This document shows positions 27,631 through 39,076 of a stretch of DNA of 64,000 nucleotides, in pieces. A program made the position numbers and the translations under genes. A model generated the notes under the pieces. That model searched no databases and was not told where the DNA came from. It was given only the letters and a program-made list of their open reading frames with translations. This stretch comes from Eledone cirrhosa (lineage: Eukaryota), in contig OZ024742.1 of the NCBI GenBank assembly GCA_964016885.1, positions 92,504,001 through 92,568,000 of the forward strand, given 5' to 3'. Positions within the stretch are counted from its first letter, which is position 1; every line of letters starts with the position of its first letter.

Positions 27631-27825
27631 TCTTCTCATTTGCATTGACTTGACAGCTGATAAGAATTCACTGGTTCGATCCCGGCATGTTCCATCTGGA
27701 ACTGTTAATACATCACGTGGGGGAGATTTAGAAGATGAATTCAAATTAGAGCTCAAGTTGTGTGAACCTTCCAGGAGTTGGACTGTTTCCTGGTTGTAAT
27801 GTGTGTGCCGTCTTCGTGCAATCAT
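27631..27825 (-). CDS. STX5: Syntaxin-5 first coding exon (acceptor at 27837, ATG at 27825)
   Basis: MIARRR...PDGTCRDRTSEFLSAVKSMQMRR|gtatgt; di-Arg N-terminus and RDRT-x-EF Sly1-binding N-peptide. Joined CDS = 1011 nt, 336 aa. Confidence 0.95.
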
Positions 27826-28530
27826 TGTTGAGCAGGTCTGAAAGAGACAAAAAGAGTGTGTGTGAGAGCTGCTGTAGAAGTTTGTGAATGTCTGCATGTG
27901 TGTGGAATATCATGGAAGTCTGTATGTGTATGTGGGATATGCTGTAGAAGTCTGTATAGGTAAAATACGATGGCTGTTTATGTGTGTGAAATGCTGCGGA
28001 TGTTTATGTGTGCATGTGATATGCTGTGGAAGTCTGAATGTATGTGTATGATTTGGTGTGTGGATGTTTCTGTATGAATTGCTGTGAAAATCTGCATGCG
28101 AGTTGGAGTGTATGTGCATATGAATTGCTGTGTAAGACTGCATGTGCGTGTGTGCAAGTTGTTATGTAAATCTGCATGTGTGTATGTGCATGTGATCATT
28201 ACCATTGGTGTGTTGGCAGGATCATTAGTGTTGAAGAAAATGCTTTATGGCTCTATATGTTCTGAATTCAAATCCTGTTGAGGTCAACTAGAATCAATAA
28301 AATAAAGTATCATTCAACTACCAAGATTGATATGATAGACTTTCTCCTCCCAATAAATAGCTAACTTTGTGGCTAAATTAGAAATTACTAGGTGCCCCTC
28401 CCCACCATCCCGCCAACAGACCTCTACCGTATTACCACTAATCTTTGTAATAAACTATATGCATGACATAAGTTATCTCCCTTCACTCAACTTAAAAAGG
28501 GGTTTTCTCCCCTTTTCATTCATTCATATA

Positions 28531-28705
28531 TATGTAATAAACAACATAAGGCAATTATTCCATTTACCAGTGGTTTCTTAAAAGCAAAAAATTTTGCTTT
28601 CAATCATCACCAGGATTTTTTCATTCTGATGATTAAAAGCAAAATTTTTTGCTTTTAAGAAACCACTGGTCAATGGGATAATTGCCTTATGCTGTTTATT
28701 ACATA
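28531..28705. repeat. Inverted repeat, 79-bp arms (28531-28609 / 28627-28705), 17-nt spacer
   Basis: Direct reverse-complement match with a few mismatches. Confidence 0.92.
28619..28678 (+). ncRNA. Type I hammerhead ribozyme motif (Penelope-type, short palindromic stem III)
   Basis: Stem I tttcatt / aatggga; CTGATGA 28626-32; stem II ttaaaagcaaaa..ttttgcttttaa; GAAA 28659-62; stem III aCCA-c-TGGt; GUC cleavage triplet 28669-71. Confidence 0.8.
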
Positions 28706-28795
28706 ACTATTAAGCTCTGTTACCTACATAGAGCACTCTTTTTTCCTGGACTTTTCCGACGGAATTACTTCATTCATACACATATATATATATAT

Positions 28796-29108
28796 ATATT
28801 AAAATACAAATATTAATAAAATAGATGTTCTTTTGATCAATTACATTTTATTATACATATTTCGGATGTACAACAGTACGTCCTCATCAGACAAGATATA
28901 ATGATACATGACATACCCTGAGATGTTAAATGGTTAAGATTTAATCAATACTACCTTGATTAAATCTTAACCATTTAACATCTCAGGGTATGTCATGTAT
29001 CATTATATCTTGTCTGATGAGGACGTACTGTTGTACATCCGAAATATGTATAATAAAATGTAATTGATCAAAAGAACATCTATTTTATTAATATTTGTAT
29101 TTTAATAT
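28796..29108. repeat. Perfect inverted repeat, 153-bp arms (28796-28948 / 28956-29108), 7-nt loop tactacc
   Basis: Arms are exact reverse complements by inspection. Confidence 0.95.
29002..29064 (+). ncRNA. Type I hammerhead ribozyme motif (mirror copy on minus strand at 28840-28902)
   Basis: Stem I attatatcttgt / ataaaatgtaat (11 of 12 pairs incl. wobble); CTGATGA 29014-20; stem II ggacgtac-tgtt-gtacatcc; GAAA 29041-44; self-complementary stem III atatgtat; AUA triplet ending 29052. Confidence 0.7.
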
Positions 29109-29204
29109 TAATAACTCTGGAAAATTATTTTTTCCGTAGAGTGCTTCCAATCTACTGTAAAACTCATTCTTTGATATACTCATTGAATCTTGTTTAACTT
29201 TTTA

Positions 29205-29244
<40 letters not shown>

Positions 29245-29591
29245 CCAATATAACATTTGTTGTTTTGTAAACTAACTTTCGGTGAATACTATGGTTGGTA
29301 AATATATATTTTTTTTTTCTTCGACCTCGCGTCGGTGTGTGTGAGTGTGTGTGCACTCACTCACACTAACTGTGACCGATTGTAATTCTAAAGATTTGAT
29401 GTTGAGATTAGACCCGTCCAGCGTCTTTTACAGCTATTGAGAGATAGAGACTTGATAGTTTTATGACCCTAACTGAGGACGATAGCAGTCGGCGTGTTTT
29501 GGCTGCTTAATCTTCATATGGGGGACAAAACTCTAGTGAGTGAACATCGTTAAATTTTCTCCCTCATATCAAGGATTTGAAGACAATTCAT

Positions 29592-29666
29592 TTTCACCTG
29601 ACGAGATCAGTGATAATCGATCATGACCGCACGATCGATCTATCTCTTATTGAAACGTGTCATGAT
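29592..29666 (+). ncRNA. Degenerate hammerhead motif with long stem II
   Basis: CTGACGA 29598-604, long hairpin containing atcgatc/gatcgat, GAAA-CGTG-TC 29652-61; weak stem I. Confidence 0.55.
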
Positions 29667-29852
29667 TAAAATTATTGGAAATTTATACCATGCCTTCGGA
29701 TCTTTATTTTGATACAAATACTCCGTTTTACATCATCTAGCTGTTCCCATAAATGGAATTGGAGATATACAAAAGCATGGAGAACTTAATATTGCTAACA
29801 AAAGTTTATTGGACCGTATGACACAACCAATAATACACCTTACTATATAACA

Positions 29853-29911
<59 letters not shown>

Positions 29912-30189
29912 ATAGATATATATATGTGTGACGGGCAGACAGACTAAGAAACAGCTTTTCTTTTATAATATAGATTATCATTTTTACATCCAATTTTCCA
30001 TACCGGCATGAGCAGAATGGGAGTTTTAGGAGCAGTGCTTCATGGGAGGAGGATTTTTCTCACACTAATCTTTTTAGTAATAAAGATTCTAAAAACTGAA
30101 ATACAAATATTACAAAACTATTAAATGTCTCCAGAGTCTCTATTCACGCGTATGTATATATATATACTTACATATGTGTGTGTGTGTGC

Positions 30190-31000
30190 ATGTGATTCCC
30201 CCACCTACCTCAACTTCCCCTCCTTCCTTCCCACTCATACCAAACTCTCCATATCCTACTCCCAATTCCTTCATCTTCGCCAGCTCGGTAGCCAGGATGA
30301 CGATTTTGTGACCCAGTCCCAACACATGGCCTCCCGCTTCCTCTAGCATGAATATTCCCCCACCCAGAACCAAGCTGCTCTCACCCACACCCATGAAACC
30401 GACAGTACCACAGCCCTCTCACCCCCCCCCCCCCCTCACCTACCACCCCACCTCTCCAGCGACATATCCTCCTTTGCTTCAGCCCTCTCTCTTCTGACCC
30501 CCATCACTTCTTGCTTCTTTCCGAACCCACACATCACCACCTTTAAACGCACCTGTAATCTTCATGATGCCTGGTACACAGTTCCTACCTTTCCTCTCCT
30601 AGGACTCCACCCAGCTTCCGTCCCTGTCCTCATTCCCGCTGCAACACCTGTCTCTTCATTTCTAACCCCACCACTCTTACAGGCACTAACAGTTCCTTCT
30701 GTATCCACCATTCCTTCACCTGCACATCCACCAACGCAGTCTTTGCCCTTCAGTATTCCTTTTGCAAGTCCATAGTCACTGGATAAACAGGCTGCCACAT
30801 GAACACTTGAGAGACATATGACTGGGTATGAATACCCCTGTGGCTCATCATTTCTATTTCCGATGCCACCCTACATGTTTCAGTCCTTGGTGTCCTTTTA
30901 CATCACAGATCACTGGCCTCGAGCACTAGAACTGAACAGAGTCTGATTTTCCGCTTTGGGTCCAGTTTCCCTTATGGACTCAACTTTCCCCCCTAATTTC
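30190..31000 (+). mobile_element. Penelope-like element remnant (RT C-terminus + GIY-YIG endonuclease)
   Basis: 'SYSQFLHLRQLGSQDDDF' resembles PLE 'IPYSQFLRLRRLCS'; downstream 'TPVAHHF'; degenerate hammerhead-like ctggtga...gaaa at ~31473. Confidence 0.7.
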
Positions 31001-31599
31001 TTTAATCTTGCACACATGCACTCGCCCTTACTTCTATACACCTAGCCAGTCATCCCTACCTCGTCCACTGTCACATGTGTGCAGACATTCACCCTCTAGC
31101 TTCTTTCCTATGGTTTTATTACAACTTTTACAGACCAACAACACGCACACGCACTCATAAACTTATATACACATACATATTCTCACAGCTTCGTACTTAC
31201 AACAAAACACACACACTCTTAAACTTATATATACACACAAATATCCTCTTAACTTCATACAGACAAATAACACACACACACTTTATATACAAAACAATTA
31301 TTTTCCTTTTCAGCTAGACACATTCAATCACCACCTTTTAAAACAAGATGTAATTATACAAAGCCAGAACCAACTTGAATGGACCTGCTTTTTCTCTAAG
31401 GATTTTTTTTTCGTTTCTGCCATGGTCAACTCTCCTCTATCTTTCTATTTCTTTGATTTCTTATTCTATTTTCTGGTGAAGGACTAGTATCTGAAATATT
31501 AACACTCTTTTCTTAATATATCAAGTGTAAAACTAATAATATATTTCATTGCACTGTGTTGTTTGCTTTGTTATTTCTGTTGGCCTTTTGCATACATAT

Positions 31600-32960
31600 A
31601 TATACACATTTCACATCGCAAGACATTAGAAAACCTTCTTTCAACATCGTTCTGAGCTATGTATACTTGTCGTCTAGCTTCTCTCCTGGTTACCTGACAC
31701 TGGTCTCTGCTACCTCCATTTTCCCAGTCTTACTATGCTTGTCTTGTGGCCTCAGTGGCTCTATTAACTGTACTGTTCCACCACAATGTCACCCTCTGTC
31801 TGGCTAGTGCTTTGTTGCATCCACAAGTCTCATCAGTAGTTCACAGTAGATTGCCGAGTAAGAATTTCCTTTTGTTCTCTATGTCAAATGTTCCCAGTTC
31901 ATCTCCCCTCTCATTATATGACTCCCAGAGCCTTTTTGAACCTACATTTAACAGAAAGGTTCTTTAGCTTTTATATATATTCCTGTGTCTTGTTTCATCA
32001 TGTTTATTCTGAAGTCACTAACTAAATTGTGTTGGGCAGCACATCCTTCACCAGGGAAAGACTTAGCATTTATAACTGCCTGTCTGCATCATTATCTTAC
32101 AAGTAAGTAGTTAATCTGGCTCGTATATTCATCTGATTGGCAGGCGATTAGATGGCTGGCAGATTTGTAATTAGGGTTGCTAACGGGTAATTCATTTACA
32201 TCACAGATTTCTAGGAGCCTCACTTGCTTTTCATTTGTTTAGCCATATCCATATCCACCATGCACTCCCACATGTCTATTGAAGTCACCAGCCAGGATGA
32301 TGAGGTTCTGTCATCACTAATTGCAGTCATTTGTATGAGGTCCTCATAGAAATGGTCCTTTTGTTCTTTACTCAGTGCTGCTTGTGGTGCATAGGTAGAG
32401 GTTAACTTATCTGAGCTTAATAATTCTGTCACTTTATCTATCCATTTCTCAACTAGTAGAATGCCTAGACCACCTACCCTATCATCATTTCTTACCAGAA
32501 GACTATGCTGTTTGCCTGTGAGTAGTCTTGCTGAGGCACCTATCCATCTCACCTCTTGTACACAGCATATACCTACACACTTCTCTAGCACCTCCATAAT
32601 TTCACCTGATAGAAATTTAAGAGTAACCACATTGAGTAGAAGTTCTGAAATGTGTTAATTGATGGTGACTTCTTAGTACCTGGAAGGGAAAGATGGTATG
32701 TGATATCTTGATGATGGTTGAAGGGTTCTTGTACATGGCTACTTTAGCCACTCCACTACCATGCACAGCACTAATATGACTAATGTGAGTCCTGTATACA
32801 CAATTAGTGTGAGTCGTATGTATAGTGCTTTTGATAATTTTGGCAGAGTTTTTCTGGCTGGATGCCCATCCTATAACCAACCACTTTACAGCATGAATGA
32901 GTGCATTTATTCTTGCAACCAGCACTAGGGAGGTCGTTTTACTGAACTCAAGAGTCCTCT
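31600..32960 (-). mobile_element. Degenerate RTE LINE, endonuclease region
   Basis: 'ICCVQEVRW', 'GGLGILLVEKW', 'YAPQAAL...KDHFYE' are RTE APE motifs. Confidence 0.75.
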
Positions 32961-34710
32961 CCACCCTCTTATCAGTTTTTATTCAGAGTGCCAGCACTCC
33001 TAGACAGGTTGCCTTCACTATGGCTTGCAGGCTCCATGTCAGCCTCATGCAGTTATTTTTAATTAGGGTCACTGCCCATCCACAAACCTGATTTGAATGT
33101 TTGCACTCAAGAGTCAGATGGAGGTGGTGTTAAAATGGACAGCTAATGAAGTTTATCACCAAAGTAGGCCACAGCACGATTTGAAGTCAGAGGGCAAAGA
33201 GCCAGAACAAATAACATAAGGTGTCTCATCCAATATTCTCACCAATGCACTGCCTTTGATTGCTACTTCATTTAAAACCCCCAGAAGGATGAAATGCAAA
33301 GTTGGTATTGAATACTACACAGCATTATATCCAATGTTCTAAATCTTCGGCTAATTTGTCACCAAACAGTTTTAGATATTAAAAAATAAGCACTGGGGTC
33401 GATATAATCAACTTAAACTTTTCAGGGCAGTGACCCAGTATAATAATGAAATTATTGTATAGCCACAATCAAATGATTGAAGCCAATAACAGAATCAATA
33501 AATACCTCTATTTCCACAAACGAAACATGGAACTAGAGAAAATAGATCTGAAGCAAGATTCCCATTTTATTTATATATATATAAATGTGTGTGAGTTTTC
33601 TTTTTTATTCGAAAACGTTTAGATTTGGTTCTGTACTTTAAAATAACATCGACATATTTTTAATTTTCTAATTACAATTAGACTGGTCAAACAATGTTAC
33701 CGCCTTAAAAGGATTTTAATCGATCAAATCGACCCCAGTACTTATTTTTTTCTGTTGTGTTTATTTTATCGATCTTTTTTGTTGAAAAGCTACATTACCG
33801 GACAAAGACAAACAATACATTTGGTGTGTTTAACTATTTCGTCTCTCTATATATCTATCTTTCTCATACACACACACACAAAGGCATTTGTTATTTTTTT
33901 TACTCCTCCAATGGAAGTTTGACAACTCGTGCAAATAGCACCAGCTTTTAATTTAGCTCTTTTCTTTGTTAAATATTAACTGTTGAAATATTAACTGGGA
34001 AATATATTGGAATTTAATATTACTCTTCCTCTCTATCTCAAATTGGCTTACAAAAAGAAACTATTATACATTGTGCATCTGTGTGAGTATATACGCACAC
34101 ATATGTATATTATATATACGTGTGTGTGTGTGTGTGTGTGTGTAAATATATATATATATGTATGTATTTATATTTACACACACACGTATTATAATGGATG
34201 TCAGTCTGGCTGGCAAAAAAGGGTATAAGTTTTATACACACACTCATACAAACAAACATATGTATTTGTGTATTTCTGTGTTAAATGAAACAGTTGCCTT
34301 ACGAAAATCCTGTTTATCTTATACATATGACAGCCGCACACTTCTTACATAAAATATTAAAAGTGCACAGATGGTACACCTTTAATATTTTTGTACCATA
34401 AAATAAAGAGACAGCGGGGAAGGTGAGACACAGAGAAAGGCAGGGAGGCAGGTATCAGATAAAGATAGGCAAGTACAACAGATAATTTGAAGGAAATCCG
34501 TTTAGCTGTCAAAGTAGATCGGATGAGTTTGTGCAAACTCATTGGCTCCGCTTAAAATATGCTGATTTCGATGAAAAGTTGTAAAGCGAGGATAAAAATG
34601 TCGGCACAAATATTTGCGGAATGTAAATAGAGTTTCTTAACGGATACAATATTTGACAAGTTGATATGGGAGGCGAAAATAAGCCAAAAAGGATAATAAA
34701 AATAACCTAC

Positions 34711-34790
34711 CCTGGACACCAATACCAGCAGATGCGTGCTTTAATAAACTAACTCTATCCACGTAACCAGATAGACGTAAAACTTCCGGT
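34711..34790 (-). promoter_or_regulatory. Probable STX5 promoter and non-coding exon 1
   Basis: Minus-strand ETS motif ACCGGAAGT (34782-34790) in a CpG-containing stretch, followed ~70 nt later by donor cagg|gtaggt at 34711/34710; coding exon 1 has an acceptor that needs an upstream exon. Confidence 0.55.
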
Positions 34791-35282
34791 GAGTAGCATA
34801 AGAGTAGCCCCCCCTTACGAATATGACTGAAGAAAGAATTATTCACATGTCTATGATTTTAGAATAACTTTGAAAATAATCAAGATTTTGGAGGGATTTA
34901 GTAATATAAATAACTTTCGAATTATTTTTTCTCGTGTTTGGAATATAATCATTTCGTTACCATATTTTCAACCTTTTCATTACTTCTTTACACCGGTCGC
35001 CGCTGAGATATCAGGTGCCCTCAGACTGCCTACAGCTGACCTCCTCCGTGAAATCGGAATGATAGCTGCCAGTCTGAGGAAGGAGACCCACAGGTGTCGC
35101 TGGCCATTGTCCGCAGTAATGCCTTTGCCATTTAATTCGCGGGGCGCAGCCGAAACACCACTCTGACTTTGGTGTAGAGTCCATCATCTTCTCCCCTTCC
35201 CCTATTTTCGCTGCTTAATCCCAGCCCGTTCCCCATTTTCCTCTCATGTAAGCACTCAATGTCATGAGTTTTCTTCCAAAAA

Positions 35283-35461
35283 CAGGTAAAATTCCTTTAT
35301 AACAAATACCATTATAACGAATTTTTCTTTATAACGAATTTTTTTCAATCCCTGGGGTTTGAAAACGTTCGATTTGTTTCGGTCGATCTCGTTATAAAGA
35401 ATTTTTCGTTACAACGAATTTTTTATACCCCGTGAATTTCGTTATAACGGAATTTCACTTG
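35283..35461. mobile_element. Tigger/pogo-like MITE
   Basis: Inverted ends caggtaaaattcctttataac / gttataacggaatttcacttg with internal ttataacgaattt repeats. Confidence 0.65.
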
Positions 35462-37630
35462 ATATTAAACTGGTTTGTTTGTTTTTTTCTTTCGTTGCTT
35501 ATTTGGTATTTAGATTGGCTGAGTCGATAGTGCGTTGGATATTTTTTGCAGGATTCGTTCTATCTCTCTGTTCTTTGAATGCAAATTCCGCCGATGTCAA
35601 CTTTGCCTTTTATTCTTTTGAGGTCGATGAAAAAATACTAGTCCAGTACTAGGGTCGATTCTTCCTCTATATATTTTTCTCACTTCCCCATTATCACCCT
35701 CTTTTTTTATCTGGAAGAAGTCGGCTGTGTTCAGACTTGGAGAGGGGATCGGTTCCTCCGTGTTTAAAGTGCCCAAAAGTTGTGGATCCATACATCCTAG
35801 AATCAGGGGTCGTTTGATGCCGTTTGGTATCAAAAAGGTTAAAAGAAATTTCTAAAGATTTTTTTGGCAGGCTAAGAAATTCCATTTCCATAGCCGAGTT
35901 AAGGCGCTAGAATAGTCAAGTCCCTCAACGAGCATCCTCAGATACTTCGCAGTAAGGCGAGCCGTCTACAATGATGATAATAATCGTTTGTACTTTAGGC
36001 ACAAGGCTATGATAATAATAATAAAAAATAAAATAAAAACACGTTGTCGGTGATCCAGCTCCTGCAAACCTCTAGAACGTCAAGTTGAAATATATAGTTT
36101 ACCGATAATTTACGGTACAAAATGTTCTAATGAATAAAGAGCCTTCAAAAAATTTTCAGGCACTGTGGATAGGACGGTAGCCTTGGTATTTAGCGCCCTG
36201 GGCTAGCTCTACAATGTGTAGCCTTTTTTTTTTTTTTTTTTTTTTTTTAAATAAAGTAATTTAAAATAACAGTTTGTGAACTGACGAACCTAGTTTTTGA
36301 CGATTCTTGCTCTGACCACACTAAGAAAATTGATAACCCAGCGTTTTCTACTACACAGTCCACATACACTAACTCATGTTGCAGGTCATAATACCATACG
36401 GCATTTTCCACCGTTTTCCACCCGACAAAACGTGGCGAATTGGCAAAGTTGTTAGAACGTCGGATAGAATGCTTTGAAGTATTCGTTTCGACTCTCTGCT
36501 CTCTGATTTCAAATCCAGCCGAAATCAACTTTGCCTTCCATCTATTTGAGGTTGTTAAAAATGTACCAGTCTAGTACTGAAGGTCGATTTTTCCTCTATA
36601 TCTCTTTCTCACTTCCAACCTCACTTTTTATCCTTCTCTGGAAAAAATTTGCTGTATTCAGACCTGGAAAGGAGATAGGCTCCGCCAAATTTAAAAATGC
36701 CCTAGAAACGCCGTATTTCAATGCGACTCCCTCAAAAGTTACGGGACTCTGCTTGCATGCTACGCGACAAAGCACTTCAATGGTTTATTTATTAATCGTA
36801 GGAAATTATGATATTTTAAAACTAATTAGCAGTAACACTAATAATATATCTTATATGTCTTCATATACACCTCTATTCGTGTTAATTATACAAACTTGTG
36901 TAAAACTGTGACCCGTTATGGTTCAATCATGCGCCTCTTTGCGGTTTAATTCACCCTTATGGTAGCGCTGGCCCTGAATATGGCACAGGCACATCCAAAG
37001 ACTAAGTCATCTATAACAAGACAGTGATAATAATTATTTCTTACATTAGCATAAATCAAAAAATTAGGTGGGGTATAGTAGATTATATCGATCTTAGTAC
37101 ACGACTGGTACTTATTTTATCAATCCTTTAAGGATGAAAGGCAAATTTTAAAGTTGCAAGCAGTCCAAATTAAAAATTAAACTATTTTGTCCAGTACAGA
37201 AAAGGGAAATCCGCGATGTGAACCAATCTGGTTATCTTGGCTTTATGATGATTGTCTGAGAACTTATACAATATGTACGTATATTAACATCTGAGAGAGA
37301 GAGAGAGAGGGGGATTAGTAGAGGGAATAAGGAAGGGAAAGAAAGAAATAGAAAGAAATGCGCAAAGAGAGAGAGGGGGAGCAAAGAGAATGCTTAGTTA
37401 AACGAACAAGGATTTTCTCAAGTTCAATAAAGAAAACAAAATTTTAACACCCCTACATCAAAGGGTATCAATAGATTCGTCCAGTGTTGTATATAAACAG
37501 TGACGCTTACACGATGGAGATATACAAAGATTGATAGAGAAAAGACAAATATAAGCAAATTGAAGCACACGCCAAAATGAAAATGAAACGAAATGTTTCT
37601 ATTATTTGCTCAAAAATGGTTGAGCCCACT

Positions 37631-37640
37631 ATGACGTCAT
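37631..37640. promoter_or_regulatory. Full CRE palindrome (aTGACGTCAt) ~330 bp upstream of the PIN-gene ATG
   Basis: Exact TGACGTCA extended to a 10-bp palindrome; function not shown. Confidence 0.45.
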
Positions 37641-37972
37641 AATTAATAGTGATTTTAACCTTTCGGTCAGCGAAGAAATAAAGAAAGAAGGAAAAAATAC
37701 AGACAAATAAAAGGGGAGGGGGATAAAAAATTTGGTGTTATATTTAAAACTTAATTTTTCCCTATGAGAAAGTAAAGAAAAAGAGGAAAGGGGAAAAGGG
37801 GGGGAAAAGAGAAGAAAAAGAGGGAGAAACGGAGGAAGAAGAAAAAAGGAAGACTAGAATCAATGCGATGATTGCTTGGCCAACGAATCCCTTTTCAGTT
37901 ACGAATCAACCCAAACTATTTCGTTTCCAGCATCCTACAATACATCTGGCAAATTTCTTGCGATATGACATC

Positions 37973-38009
37973 ATGAAGAAACAGGACAGTTATTTCAATA
38001 ACTACCAAG
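37973..38009 (+). CDS. PIN-like nuclease gene, putative exon 1
   Basis: atcATG MKKQDSYFNNYQ+G|gtgaga; phase 1 matches the acceptor at 39077. Confidence 0.6.
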
Positions 38010-38045
38010 GTGAGACACACACACACAGTTATTAATCCTTTTGGG

Positions 38046-38214
38046 CAGTGCCGGATTTAGGACAAATGAGGTCCTGTGCTAGTTAAGTTATGAGGCCCCT
38101 TACTTGGGCCCTGAAGGGGCCTCGTAACTTTTGGGGGCTGGAAGATGCCCCCCATCCCGGTCGACGGGGCCCTGTGCTTAAGCACACCTAAGCATAATGG
38201 TCAATCCGGCATTG
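38046..38214. mobile_element. hAT-like MITE
   Basis: TIRs cagtgccggatt / aatccggcattg, internal ggggccc motifs; no clean TSD. Confidence 0.7.
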
Positions 38215-39076
38215 CTTCCGTGGTTAAAGCTTGACTCATACTTATTTAAATATGAGTCAAGCAACGCCTTCGAAAGAAATTTTGCTTGGTGGAACAGGAC
38301 TTGTTTCGATCCCAAAGAGAGTTTGAGAGGGTTATGGAGGTAGTCGTCAGGATTCTATCAGAACCGCTTGGATTCCCTACCAAGCTTATTGATGTTATCC
38401 AACCATCTTCGTCTACCTCGGGGTATCTCGCCAATGGGCTTTGCCTGTAAAACCTGGTCGTCGATTCTTTCCGACCGGAGTAAACCTATCCCGTGCACGT
38501 TGGAAATTACCTTCGGATTGAGTTAAGTAGCACAATATCGTCTGCTTCCAACTTCCTACTACACTCACAGATTTTGACACCATTTCTAACCCGGGTTTGC
38601 TTGTCAATCCTGTTCATGTATATGAACCAGAGAGGTGATACAACCTATTACAGGTTCCTTCGAACGCAGTTGTATGCCTTTTCGAGGTTTACAAAACAAG
38701 CATACACCCCTTGGCAATACTCCCACGATTTCTCGAAGACCCACCGTAGAGTGAATACCTGGTCGGCTGTGTTAGGTCAGGGGTGAAAATCACACTGTTC
38801 GACAATATCCCTACATCCTCTTTAGCAGGCACTCAATTTGTCTGAGTAGCTACTCTAAAATTCCTTACCATAGGTTTTGAAAACATCGATTTTTATACGC
38901 GAAGATCTCTAGATTATTATTCCATGTAAAAGCCCCAATCTTTCAATACATTTACAGGAATTAGTGTTATTCACAATACTTCAAAAGCTTATCCCTTATA
39001 TAGAGATGAAATTGAGATGCTTTTGGTTTGCTTGTTTGTTCTTTTTCATTGAACTTTAATGGTGGATATTTCCCAG

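Noticed and set aside
27324-28281. Several His/Pro- or His/Thr-rich ORFs
   Set aside because: Derived from (GAT/GAG)n and TG-rich degenerate repeats flanking STX5 coding exon 1
38290-38790. GC-richer segment as an extra PIN-gene exon
   Set aside because: The phase-compatible frame after the candidate acceptor stops within ~9 codons; looks more like a decayed non-LTR element fragment
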